DNA of 56,678 bases, filler included, from Bipalium vagum (taxonomy: Eukaryota), in NCBI GenBank assembly GCA_037834085.1. It is 3 parts of 3 records of this genome, joined end to end, with 100 filler letters (N's around TTAATTAATTAA, not from the genome) between each part and the next. Parts side by side here need not be neighbours in the genome. Positions count along the whole stretch, not along the records: positions 24,020 to 39,746 come from JBBMKC010149397.1; 2 more parts are not named here. One strand, 5' to 3'. Both the position numbers and the translations under genes were made by a program. The notes under the pieces are model-generated. The model did not search any database. It was given only the letters and a program-made list of their open reading frames with translations, and was not told where the DNA came from. This document shows, piece by piece, positions 26,660 to 39,846 of this stretch. The stretch's first letter is position 1. Every line of letters starts with the position of its first letter.

Positions 26660-26985
26660 ATCAAAATAATCCATTTCATTAAAATGCATTATCCGAAAAT
26701 ATAAAATAAAATAATACAATATAAGTAAATGTGAAACGGAGGCCGTATGGGAATTTTTCACTTAAAAAAACATACTTTTTAAAATCTTGTTTTTGGTGAT
26801 TTTTTTTGTAAAATGTAAAAAAAATTTTTCTTAAAAAAAGTTATAATAATAGAGTTTATACAATTTCTGGAAAATATTTTTTTGGTAATGAATGTTTAAA
26901 TAAAATAATTATAGAAGAATTGAAATCTGATATTTTTTATTTTTATTTTTAAGAAATAAATATCCATACGCTTTTAATACTAAAA

Positions 26986-29900
26986 ATGCAAGATAATTCA
27001 ATTGATCAACTTGAAGATTTCCTTAAATTTTAACCATCTAAGCAAAATTTTTTTGTGAAATTTGTAAAATAAATTATAATAAAAATAATTATTTAACAAG
27101 ACATTTTAAAAGTAATTTACATATTAAAAATATAAAAAAATTCAAGAAAGAGAAAGAAATTAATCACAATTTAATTTTACTTATGAACAAAATTTTTAAA
27201 AATATTTAGAAAATAATAATTTAGAAATGAATCATTTATTTAGAAAACCAGAATTATCAAGATTTACAAGATTTTATAATAATGAAGAAAGAATTCAAGA
27301 AATTTCTATTGATATGTTACCTATATTTGAAAAAATAACTAATTATTATTTTCAAAATATTAATTCATTTAAAATACAAATTCATTTAGTTTGTACATAT
27401 TTAAATCCTAATGGAATTTTTAGAGATTATAGTGTTTCTGTTCATCCAAGAATTGTTACAAAACAATAAGATATTAAAAATAATTTAGTTCAAATATTTG
27501 ATAGAATAAACACAAAAATGGAAGAATATGAAAGAGCTGGAAGTGTATTAATTACAGTACAATTCGCATAATCCGGTGTCTTTGGGACCGAAATATTTCA
27601 CCGGATTACACGAAAATCCGGATTATCCAAAATATACTAAAACCCAATAAAGTATATAGTATAAAGTAAAACCCAATAAAAGAGAACTTTATTTACAATT
27701 CATTCAAATAAAAGATCGTCTTTATTATTTTTTTTTTGAAGAAATTGGTTATTTGCAATTGTTTCAATCCGTTAGTTATTTTTGAGCTGAGATCATCTTT
27801 GAGAAGTTTAATAGCAGAGAGATGCTTTTTCAACCCGTTGTGAGTTTGTAAAAACAGCTGAATTGTATTCAAAGCCTGAATGGTTTCTGTTTGAGATGGC
27901 ACAACTATAACAGAACTTGAATCTTCAACTTCATTTTCTGCTATTGCGTTCGATTCCTTAAACATCTCCAAAATGTCTTCTTCCAATGCTCCAGCGGTAG
28001 TAGGCAAGATTTCATCCACTTCGACAAAATTTGCATATGAAACTTCCTGGGGTACTTGTATAAATGATCTTAATCGATCAAAAATATTTTCAAATTCTTG
28101 CTGGTCTTGGTTTGCTTTGATTTCAGCAAGTTCGTTTAATGATTCTGGTGCAAAACAATGTCGAAAGCAGTTTACCACAATTTCTTCGGAAACCGAATCC
28201 CATGCTATTTTGATCATATTTAAGGCACCAAGGAAATTTAAATGAAACTCCATTTTTTTTCATGACACAGTAGCATTCTCTGCATAAGACGCTTTCTGTA
28301 CTGACATTTCATTGCATTGATGATTCCACCATTTAGTGGCTGAATTTTGGATGTTGTATTCGGTGAAAGAAAATACAATTCCACATTTGTGAATCCAAGA
28401 ATTTGGTGATGTGCTGGACATCGATCGAGAATGAGAGCTACCTTTCGAGTTTCCTTCCTCATTTGCTGATCAATTGAATGAACAAACTCAGTGAAGATAA
28501 CACTTGTCATCCATGCTTTACGATTTGCACGATAGGTTACTGAAATATGTAAGACATTTTTGAAGCATCGTGGTTTTGCATATTTTCCAATAACCCAAAT
28601 AGGAAATTTCTTACCGGTCATACTAACACAGTTCAAAATTGTGAATCGCAGTTTGAATTTTTTCCCGCCATAAACTTTCTCATTCGCAAAAGCAAGTGTT
28701 TTATCTGGTGTTAATTGCCAAAATAGACCACATTCATCTCAATTCAGAATGTCATTCGGTGAATATTTTTGCATAATTTCCTTACTAATGGGATCTTTCC
28801 AGTGACAAATGGACTTATTGGATACAGAAGCGCTTTCTCCTGCCATTTTTTTTAATGTAACATCATGATAAGTTTTCCAGTGACTTAACCAACTCATATT
28901 AATTCACTTCACCAAGTTCTCTGGTAAATTTGGTGGCCTGTAGCCTGAGAATTCTCCACCTATTGGTAAATCTGGTCGATCAGTTCTCATTGCAGAAAAT
29001 CAATGCAACAAAACCATACCAGTTTGTGGAAATTTTGATTGCTTCATTATCCTGACTTTCCCAGAAACTTATTCTTTTTGGTAGTTATCCTTTATTTTCT
29101 CTGTGTTCTTTATAATGTCACTCAAGGTTTGCTGTTTCACACCGAAATAATTAGCAATTTAAATTTTCTTGAGATTTTGATGATTTCCAGCATAACAAAT
29201 ACTTTCATACTTTTTTCTAGACTTATTCTTTTTAAAGACATCTTGATATTTAATGCTAAAAAAATTAGAAATAATATTGACCTTTTAAATTAACAAAATA
29301 ACTTAAACAACAAAATACTTAAATTAACAAAATTAAATTAAATTTAAATTAAAACCCGGATTAAAAGTATGAAATCCTTTCGAGGGACTTCAAAATTTCA
29401 CTGTACTATGGATTTCACGAAACCGGATTGCGCAAAATTTGATTAGTCACAATTAATACGTAATTTATTTGGGACCGAAATATTTCACTGGTTTTCACGA
29501 AAATCCGAAAATAAAAAAGAATATATAAAAGATCATCTAAATGGAAATTATAGAGGAGCAGCTCATAACAAATGTAATCTTGAAGCAAAGAAAATTAATT
29601 TTGTTCCATTATATTTTTACAATGGTTCTAAATATGATTTACATTTAATTTGGTTGTGTTAGAATTCTAAATGTATTCATATTTTTTACTCTATATTTTT
29701 AAGAATTTATGGGTTCAACTTTAAAAGAAGAAGATTGTAAATTTTAAAAGAACATGGTTTTAAAAATTTAAAAGGAATATACCCATATGAATATACTCGC
29801 ACCGAAGGTGCTAGAGCTGAAAGCTCGCAAACAAGAGAAAATTTTGAAGATATAATAGAAAAAATGAATGAAGAAAATATTCCTCCATATCAAGAATTTT

Positions 29901-31188
29901 ATTCAACATTAAGGCAATCAAACATTGGAATAAAAAATTATATTACTGTTTAAGAAAATTGGACAGAATTAAAATGTAAAAATGTGATAGATTATACAAT
30001 TAAATATTTAAAAATAGATGTTTTAATTTTAGCAGACCTATTTGAAAAGTTTAGAGATGATTGTTTAAAATCTTATGGAATTGATTCTTGTTATTGTTAT
30101 TCATTACCAGGATTAACTTGGTTAGCAGAATTAAAATATACAAAAGTAAAATTAAAAGATTATAAAGAAGAATCATACGATAAATTATTATTTTTTGAAA
30201 AGGAATTCGAGGTGGAGTAAGTTCTGTTTTAGGAAACAGAAAAGTTGTTTGTAATAATAAAAAAGTAAATCCGAATTTGATGAATATTCAAAAATTTCTG
30301 GTGTAGAAGAATTTAATCACGTGATTAATGATTTTCAAAAAATCCAAATTTTGGGATAACAAATATTTTTAAAGAAAACTATTTAAAAAAAAATGGTTAT
30401 AATTTGGAACAACATTTTATAAATTAATGAATAATGCTTTCTATGGAAAAACTTTAGAGAATGTTAGAAATCGACAAGATATTAAAACAGTTTATGATTA
30501 TCAAAATTTTTAAAAATTAATTTCAAAACCAAATTATAAATATTCAACAGAGTGTAGTGAAGATGTTGTTGCTGTACATTTACTTAGAAAGAATATTAAA
30601 CAAGATAAATATAATTTTATTGGATTTACAATTTTAGAATTATCTAAACTTTTAATGTAAAGATTTATTTATGACTTTGTTGATAAAAGAATAGATGATT
30701 GGAAAATTCATTATGAGGATACTGATTCAATATTTTGAGAAATAAAAATTCCATTTAATTGATTTTTAGAAAATGAAGTTGGAAAGTTTAATGAATATAT
30801 TCATCCAACAGATTTATATAAATTTAAAGATGAGTTAAAAGAAGAAAATAAATTTATAAAAGAAGCAATATTTTTAAAATCAAAATGTTATTCTTATAAT
30901 ACTTTTGAAGAGGAAATGAGTGAAACTCGGGTGAAGCAAAGCTTCAACAAATCTTAAGTAAGAATGAAAGGAATAACAAAAGCATCTCAGAATAAATTTA
31001 ATTATGAAATTTTTAATGATTGTTTAAATAATAGTAAAATATTTATTTCAGAAAATTATAGATTAAAAACAAAAGAACATAATATGTATTTAATTAAAGA
31101 AAATAAAATTTCATTAGATCCTTTTGATGATAAGAGAATTATTTTAAATGTTGAAATAACAACATTACCATTTGGATATTTTTATTAA
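26986..31188 (+). pseudogene. polB: Polinton/Maverick-type protein-primed DNA polymerase B pseudogene, interrupted by a Tigger element
   Basis: N-terminal C2H2 finger (CEICK...RHFKSNLH) and EEYERAGS. After the insertion: KDHLNGNYRGAAHNKCNL (endonuclease VII-like), [68 protein letters not shown] (motif B), YEDTDS (motif C), LKSKCYSY and KISLDPFDDKR...TLPFGY. Many stops, frameshifts and deletions. Confidence 0.92.
27555..29507 (-). mobile_element. pogo/Tigger (TIGD4/6-like) DNA transposon, degenerate, one terminus lost
   Basis: TA at 27553-27554 followed by a CAGTAC... TIR. Subterminal gggaccgaaatatttcac...cacgaaaatccg recurs at ~29471-29507. The transposase (~29241 to 27693) has DECGLFW, GGKK..R.TIL, VIGKYAKPRCFK, NRKAWMT, LILDRCPAH and NTTSKIQPL motifs and is frameshifted. 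Confidence 0.93.
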
Positions 31189-33512
31189 AAATTAAATTAA
31201 AAAATGTAATTTTCGAGAAATTTTTTGTCTTTGAAAAAAATACTTCTTGTATACCTATTGTGGGGACTCCCAGGCCAACTACCAGGGGACAAAAAATAAA
31301 AAGAACCCTTGTTAACATTCTATGTGACTTCTATATGATCCAAATCCAATTTTTATATTTTTGCATGATCTTTGGGTAACTTAACCTACTTCTGATGTGA
31401 TTTAATTTTTGTCGAATCTTTTATATGATAAATCTGTGTAATCTTTAAGATAATATAATTATAATATTATTAAGTAGAACGTTTTAGTGAATGTATAAAA
31501 AATATATTGTAATTACTAGTAAATCCTGTAAAATATTTGAAATTAAATAAATAATAAAAATATAAATAAAATTCATAAAAAAATATGGAAGAAATTAAAA
31601 ATAATTCTAAAATTAGAATAAATAACAAAAATCATTGCTAAAAATAAAAAGTGATATTAAAATTAACTAAACCGTCACAATAAAAATCGTAAAAAAATAA
31701 TTATAGTATATTAAAGTTACTATAAATAAAAAATAACTAAAAAATTTTAATATAAATATAAAATATTTGTTAAAATAAACATAAGAAAAATAGCAGAAAA
31801 ATTCAAAGTGTCAATTTACAAGAAGTGTTCAAAAAATTGTTATTCTCGTCTCCAATTACAAATTAAATCGGACAAGACTATATCAATTTTCAATATAACT
31901 GACGGATACTATTAAATTACTCGAGTGGATATCATTATAAAAGTTGGAATGAGAAGAAACTAAAAACATTCAATTCAATTCAATAGCATACAGGAGAAGA
32001 GAAGTAAAAACGTTCGAATCTACGATCCCAAGAAGAAGTCATCCATTCAAGAACAGAAATCAAATATTCGACTCATCAAAGAGAAATTCAATAACTTGTG
32101 CGAAGATAGAAAGAGATACAAAATCGAAAATCAGACCGACGATCAATTCTAAATAAAGCTCAGAATACAGAAGACCAGGATCCTACGTAGAATATTATAC
32201 AACAAGGAATTTCAATAGTTTTTGATAATTTGTAATTATTATTATTAAACTTTGAGAATTGCAATTTGATTCCAAATTGGACAATTCTATGTCTAACTTG
32301 ATTACAAGTTAGTAAATAATTAAGTTAAATAAATAAATCGAAGTAACCGGATAGATCCCCGTTTACTTTCGAAAACATCAAATAACCTATAACTCTTTTT
32401 GTTCTTCCATTATTTATTTTTTTGCCTTCTCGACGTCAAGTAGGGCGGAGAGGCGCTTTTTACTTTTGGGGGCTCTTGAGGATAAGATAGCGAAGAGCAT
32501 AATTAATATCATTCTGATTCTTCTCAGGGATTTACTAGTAAAATTTTATTTTTTCAACAAAGCTTTTAACCAATTTTTAAATAAAGATTTTAAATTTATA
32601 AAAATTGTTTTGATTTGACTTAGTGATCGAATTTTTATCTATCGAAAGTCACGTTTACGAATTGATTAAAAACTATTGTTTACTTGCACGCAATTTACAG
32701 TTACCCAGTCGATTATTAAAAAAAAAAAAACCAACGCAACCTCTCATATAAACCGAACGTAACACACTCTAAATCCTTCTGATCAAATGAGCCACGTTAA
32801 GTTTGGAAAGATATTAAAAGTTCGAATTAACTCAACCTCATCTCAAAACTTAAATGTTTTTATATATAAAATTAGCAATTAATTTCTTTCCCACTTTATA
32901 TTATAAAATAAAAACTTTATGGTGAAATCTTTATTGAAAGTAGCACAGATTTTTAAAATTTAATTTCATTGTGTACCTATTCCTTTATTTTCCTCGATCT
33001 GCGTTCCCTCATTCCAGTATAAGTGCCCAATTTTATACCGAGGGTTTCTATACCTAAGTTTTCAGAAACATCTCCATTTTTAGTTTAATAAAAATTAAAT
33101 ATTTTTTACCTATATAAGTATGTTTATTGTAATTTCAACAAACAATCAATGCATCCTCTTCAGAGACTTTGACTTGTCAAGAAGCTTACTGAGATGTCTA
33201 CAGAAAAAATTTAATTTGTCGATTTTCCAACATTCTTTCTGTAATGAACGTGCTCAATAATTATTCGTGAACAAAGAATGTAGAGATTTTATTATTATTA
33301 AATTTTTTATCATCATCATCACCATTATACAAGTATAAACATGGCTATCATACAAACCATATATTTCAAATATCAAAATTAACAGTAAAATAACAGAGCA
33401 ATTAGGACTGATATAATTTATAAACTTAAAAATTTTTTGGTTTAAGTGATTGTCACAAAGAAAAAATCTTCATAAAAATTTTCCCGTACATATTTAAAAA
33501 GATAAACGATCT

Positions 33513-35635
33513 TCAATCATAGACCGGTCTAAATGTTGAATTTTCAATGGGTTTGTTTCTGTTTGAGTTCGAGGACCTTGCGTAATCGGGAAGAGCGTCT
33601 TGCAGCGACTGAATATCAGGATTGTTGTCTCCAGTGATTGCCATGTCTCTCAACCCGGGTAATTCAGCAAAAGGTAACCAATCCTTTCCTGTAAAAAATA
33701 ACAGTTACATTTAACATGATTGTCGTGTATGATAGAAATACTGTTTCTGGAACAATCAATACCGAAAATGTTAATAATTTATTCATCCATAAAAAATCAG
33801 CCAACCTATTGGTCGGCCGGCTGATATTCTTTCACTTTCCGTTTCTAAAACCGTCTGGTGTCGATGCCAGTGTAGATCACAAGCGGCACAAACAAATGCC
33901 GACTGGAACAGTGAACATCCACAACCGGAAACTTTGCACTTGTGAGGAGGCGGATATGCTTTGTGATCTTCATGAGAATGTTTGCATCGACATTTAGCTT
34001 TGTAGTCTTCTAAGACAAAGTTTCTCCGTTTTTTCAACCAAAACTCACCAGAGTCTTCCGGCCGAGATGGTATCCAAGCGAAAGCTTTACACAGGCAACC
34101 TGTCTAATATAAATAAATATTTGCTGAGTTCAGGAAGTCAAACTGTTTTCAACAAAATAAACTGACCTGTAAACATTTCAATACTGGTTCATGACCAGTG
34201 AATGTTTCATGTTGACTGAAAGAGTGGGAACAAAAACATTTCCCTTTCGACGAAATACGTACACAATCTTGTTGATTCATGGGTGGATCGATGGGTCTGT
34301 AGCTGACATACAATCCTAAAAGTCTCAAGTAAATAGTAAATAAAAAGTCAATCATGAAATTAAATATTATCACATTTGAAAATTATCTTTTATTGTACAT
34401 ATTATCATTTTTATGTTACACATTAAAGTTCAACAAACAGGTCAATAAGAAATCTTCACTGAGATCTACACTTTCATAAGCCTGCAAAATCTATTATTAA
34501 ATATAAGCATTCATTAAACAATGTAATCACTGTAACATGTTCCCCTGGAATTTTATTGATAAGGCAATTTTATTCCAAGTTCAATCCAAACAAATAAGGT
34601 TGATGGATATGCATATTTAAAACCGAAACATATTGCGGAAACATATCCTAAGAAAAAGGTAATACGTATTGATTAGAATGAATTTTAAAAGAAGTGATGA
34701 ATTAAAACAATATATTATCCGAAAATAGATATAAAAATAAAAAAAATAATTAATATTATTTATTATTATTATTTATAATTACTTATTTATTTATTATTAT
34801 TTTATTAAAGGGGAATATTAATGAGATAATTGTGTAGGATGGTAAATAGGGTAAAACTTTTAAATATTTTTTATTTAACCAATATTTGGATATAAGAGTC
34901 ATATACGAAAACTGTAAACGTATTTATTTAGAATTTAAAAGTAATAAGATTATTGGATTTGCATGTCAAAATGATATATGCAAGCATCCAATCCATAGGG
35001 AGCTTATTTAAAAAAGATTACTTACATAATCCTTGACATAATTTAAAAATGTCAAACATGTAGTCATTGACAGTTATTCAACTGATATTGATTATGCTTC
35101 AAGTATGAAAAGAAACCGAGAATGTAAGAGTTTATTGAAAAACCTAGGCGATTTCAAGAAGCCAAAAATATCAACTTTATAAGAAAAAGATCTAAGCATC
35201 CCTCAAACGAAATTCAATTTAGAAAACCTAACCAAACTTTAGTTGGTAAAATGAACATATCACAAATCAATGCAAGGAAAAGTGAATATATCTAATTTCT
35301 TCAATGAATAAAGTTTTTAAAGCTTTCTTTTTATATATAGCCATTTATAAATAGGAACTTTTGTATACTACTAGAAGTGATAAAATGAAAATCGGACCTT
35401 ACCAGTCTTGCAGGCCTCCATACAAGCTTCTTGTTCTGGAGTGAATAACTCTTTCAGTTGGGCAGCAAAATTGTCATTCATTGCCCTAGCCACATTTATT
35501 ACATCATATTTAGAAGCAGGCTGAATTTTTTTCACTCTCAGTTCTGATACATAAAATATAATTATATAATTATAAAATTAATAATAATTATATAAGTTAT
35601 ATTTCATTCTGTACCTTTGGAGGAGTATGAAACAT
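33513..35635 (-). CDS. FAM221B: FAM221-family (DUF4475) protein, FAM221B-like
   Basis: Exons 35615-35635 (uncertain), 35403-35520, 34167-34315, 33806-34103 and 33513-33688 are phase-consistent (~253 aa). Motifs: VARAM...ELF..EQEACMEACKTGLYVSYR, DCVRI...KCFCSH, WIPSRPEDSGEFWLKKR, AKCRCKHSHEDH, CAACDLHW..HQT..ETE.ER...GRP.G..WLPFAELP. Confidence 0.85.
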
Positions 35636-36699
35636 TTTAAAGAAAAAACTATTTGTAAAAAAAATTATTATTATTATTCAGATAAAAACAAATTAATTCT
35701 TTAAACATCTTCCAATAATAATAACGCTTTGATTATATTTGAATAATTGTTTTATTATTAAATAATATTTAAATATGTTATTTTATATTTTTGTTACAAA
35801 ATTAAAAAAAATTTTTCCAGCCCTTTTATAATTAAAATTTTATATTATTGATCTAAAAATAATTAATTGAAATAAATTTTAATGAATTTATTTATTTCTT
35901 CCGAGAAAAAATGATACTAATAATACCAGAACATGGTTGTAAATAATTATTGGTCTATAGGAAAATCCAAAAATCGTTCTAAAATAAAATTCTACCGAAT
36001 ATTCACAAATATTGTCATTTTCAATAAATTACTGCAGTTTTTATCATTTGTTTCTTTATTCAGACTTTTTATTGTATACAAATTATTCACTATCAATTTA
36101 CATTGATGGCTTTATTGAGAAAGATACTTCCTCACAGGGAAATTCAGGATTATTTTCGGGAAAGTTTCCCATTTAAGACCCCATTGCTCGGATAATGGGC
36201 ACTTGGTGATCTTGTACTTAAAGGAGTGCAAATCAGTAAAATCTGCTTAGAAATCCAATACGATAGTTTTCTTTATACGAAGAGAATTATTAGTAGACTT
36301 TTTTGATTCAAATACGTAAGTTTCAAATACTTTTATTAAAGTTCATTTAACCGAACCCGATGGAGTTCAGTCAATTTTAGATGCATTTAACTGACGATTC
36401 AATGGTTGGTTGAATTCTCACGTTCAGGCAAGGATTCCTTATTTAATTTCATTGTTAATAAAGTTTTCTTGTTGAACTGATTATTTATTTTTCTTTCACC
36501 AATAACACTAACTATTAGTGAGGAGAAAGATAACGACTCAGAGGTCAAATTCCTACTACTAGTTTAAAAAACAATTGATTATTAAAATAAGCTGTTATAC
36601 ATATGTCCTGAATTTAATGAAAATATTAAAAATTTTTGATATTTTATAATTGAAGAGTAAATTTTGTTCAGATTTTACGGTATAAATGATGTTTTTTAA

Positions 36700-37394
36700 A
36701 ATTATACATCAACTTTATGCGGTCTGTGATAAAAATGTGCTTTTGTGAATGCACCTTAATTAAAATTCTGACTTAATAAAAATAATAATGCTTTGTCCAC
36801 ATAACTAATTCTTATTAATATAAATGAATCGTGAAAAACGTTTGTGGCTATGAATTATCATTAATATTAAGAAAAGTATAAAAATATTATTTTGGATCTA
36901 CTGACAAATAAAGAATTCATTTGAAAGTGTACTGCAATGAACTGGAAAAAGTTACATTTTAACATGAGATAGAAAAGGCCAGGATTGGTTAACAGAAAGC
37001 GTATGATGTTCCATTAAGACAATGACAGATCTCTTAAAAGTTTCGTCATTCGTCAGAAGCTGTTAACCTTTGGTTAGGATGTCTCATCCACCATATTCAC
37101 CACATCTGGCACCAGCAGACTATTACTTATTTTGGTCTTTACAAAATTTTTCAGATGGTAAATCTTTCAATTATAATGATGTCATAAATATAAATTGTTC
37201 AATTTTCCGGAAGTAAAAATCAAAACTTTTATAAACAAAAAATCATGTTTCTACCAGAAAAGTAAGAGAAGGTAGTGAACAAAAGAGCCAATATATAATG
37301 TAATAAAATACATTCCTAGTATAAAATACAATTTAGTTAATAGATGGACTTTGTTAATCATATAAAAATCGCAATCACTTTCTCAATATCCAAA
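36700..37394 (+). mobile_element. Mariner (cecropia/Hsmar1-like) 3' relic with right TIR
   Basis: KRPGLVNRK..MFH*DN and HPPYSPHLAPADYYLFWSLQNF; TIR aaaatcgcaatcactttctcaatatccaaa followed by TA. Confidence 0.85.
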
Positions 37395-38639
37395 TAGTAA
37401 CAATATTGAATATATCATTTTTTATTGGATTTAAAAATGGGAAGGTTTTCTCACATATCATGTATAGAACATTTGTATATTATTAAGTATCAAAGTAAAA
37501 AATCGAGTCTAGGGTTTCGGAAATTTTCATGTCTTTTTAATTGTGAAAATAATCAATCATTTTAGTGATATTTAGAAAAATATCATAAATTATGCCAATC
37601 ACGAATGATTTTTATGAAAGGAAGACAAATAAAACTCTAAACAATAGTACGGGAAATTTAATACCAATAGTGGCGGCCCAGATTAATGGGAGTCCAAGAA
37701 ATTTCGATGAGCAAAAATTTTAATGGATTTTAATGGTTTTTCAATCTTAAAAATATGTTTAAAGTATTAAAATATTTCTTTATTTTGTGATATTTGAAAA
37801 TAAAGTTAACATTAAATTGATTATATTAATACCTCCAGATGGTAATTTATAACTTCCTTCAATCATGTTACCGCTTTTATCGGTGGGAATAAGAGATTTG
37901 CTGTTTTTGATTAACGAGACCTAAAATAAAATTACCCAATTTTTCAGAAATTCGATATTGGTTTACTTTATTATTTTGATTAACCGTCTTTTTATTCATT
38001 TGTAAAATTAATTTCGTTTTAAATAATGTGAATATTTAATTCAATCTCGCTTTTTGAATTTCAAATAAATAGCGTTGTCAAAGTGATATTTATTTACATT
38101 GATTAAATAAATCGTAGTTAATTAAAATAATTTTTGTAATTTTATGCAATTCTTTAAGAAAGAAGTTTATTAAAGCATTATTTTAGTTTATTACTTTTTT
38201 AACCACAAAATTATTATTGTGTCTGATCTTTTCACTTTATGTATAGTAATTTTTAGAAAAAGTTATAGAAATATATGAAATAAATTGAGATTAGATTTTT
38301 TTATTAAAATGAAAATAACACTAGAATTGATGTATTTCAGATATATACAATTCTCAAAGTTGTAATCAGATATAAGATAGTATATCATCAAATTGTATCA
38401 TGCGATTTTTCTAATCTTTGCTTAACTGTGGGTTATATCTGCATTTATAAAATAAAATTGTAAAAATAGTTTCGTGAATAGTATATTACATGATATAACT
38501 TTGAAATTTAATTTTACTGTACAACTTTTTCATTAAATGATTGCAATCTTTACCAAATAATTACTATTCTGATAAAAAATAACAAATGAAATCTTAAAAT
38601 ATTTTGTGTAATATTTTAAATAATATTTTGTGTTTTAAT

Positions 38640-39130
38640 CACGTCTTGCATATCATTTGATTAAAGCGCAGTCATAGATATTTTTTGAGGAATACATTGG
38701 AAGATGAGGAACTCTGAGATTATCTTCCAGACAGCAAGGGTGAATCTCATTAATGAGTTTTTCCAAAGGAAATGTATTATTCTTAGTGTTTTAGAGAATC
38801 AAAAGGTTTAATCAAAACAAAAATTATTCTGGAAATCAACAACTCAAATACTACTGTGTACTTGTTAGTCCTGTGAGAAAGTTACGAAAGAAGCCAAAGA
38901 ATCAAAAGCTTTATCTTTGGTATAACAACACCCCAATTCACAAAACACATTGAATTATGCATTTAACTACTGGAAAAGATTTATACTGGTTATACACCAG
39001 CCGCATAGTCCTAATTTATCGCCTATTAATTTTTTATTGTTACTTTAAAAACCTTTAGAAGGATAGAAAATATATTCAAATGAGGATCTCATATCATATT
39101 CTTATATCATATTTCTTCAATGAAACAGAT
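38640..39130 (+). mobile_element. Highly decayed mariner relic
   Basis: HQPHSPNLSPINFLL (cf. HPPYSPDLAPSDF.LF). Confidence 0.5.
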
Positions 39131-39133
39131 ACA

Positions 39134-39348
39134 AGTAGTGGGGAAATTAGGTGTTACGACAAAGACCCAAACCTCAATATCAAATACCAAATACTGAAAT
39201 ACCACAATATTGAATTTCGAATAAACCCAATTTGATTTTTATTTTTTTCAATTTTATGAATACCAAATATTAAATACTGCAGTATCACAATATCGAATAC
39301 CGAATATTGAACATTGGAAAGCAGCGTAACCCATAATTTCCGCTACTA
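39134..39348. mobile_element. ~215-bp MITE-like element with imperfect TIRs and internal AATAC(C/T) repeats
   Basis: agtagtggggaaattaggtgttacg matches the reverse complement of cgtaacccataatttccgctact. The interior is built from aatacc/aatatc units. Confidence 0.55.
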
Positions 39349-39746
39349 TCACATTTTGTTAAATTTCAAATTTTCACTGATTATTGATTTTCATTGATTT
39401 CATTGTTAATTTTGCAAATTTTTTTAAAAATTTTTATTATTTTCATAATTTTTATATTTTCAAATTTATCCAAATTTGTTTTGTTTTTCATGATTTTTTT
39501 TATAAATTTTCAATTTTATGAATTTCAAAATTTATGATTGTAACACAACACCTATTAATCTATCATTCTATTTTTTTTAAATGTGTTAAGATCCTAAAAG
39601 ATGGATAGATGTTAAAAAGTGGAGCTGACTGTGTTTAGGTCTTAACGTTTGAAGGTTGCTTATTTACGCGTTCGTTAATATTATTTAAAGTGATTGAGAG
39701 AACGATTTGATTTTTAAAACTTTTATTTTTATTAAAATAAAGTATA

Positions 39747-39846
39747 NNNNNNNNNNNNNNNNNNNNNNNNNNNNNNNNNNNNNNNNNNNNTTAATTAATT
39801 AANNNNNNNNNNNNNNNNNNNNNNNNNNNNNNNNNNNNNNNNNNNN
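39747..39846. other. Assembly gap/spacer: 44N + TTAATTAATTAA + 44N
   Basis: Same artificial linker as 23920-24019. Confidence 0.97.

Noticed and set aside
36107-36480. ATG frame with a single TAA and a GT donor, suggesting an exon or stop-codon reassignment
   Set aside because: All four host genes use standard stops and no partner exons were found; more likely a decayed LINE RT fragment.
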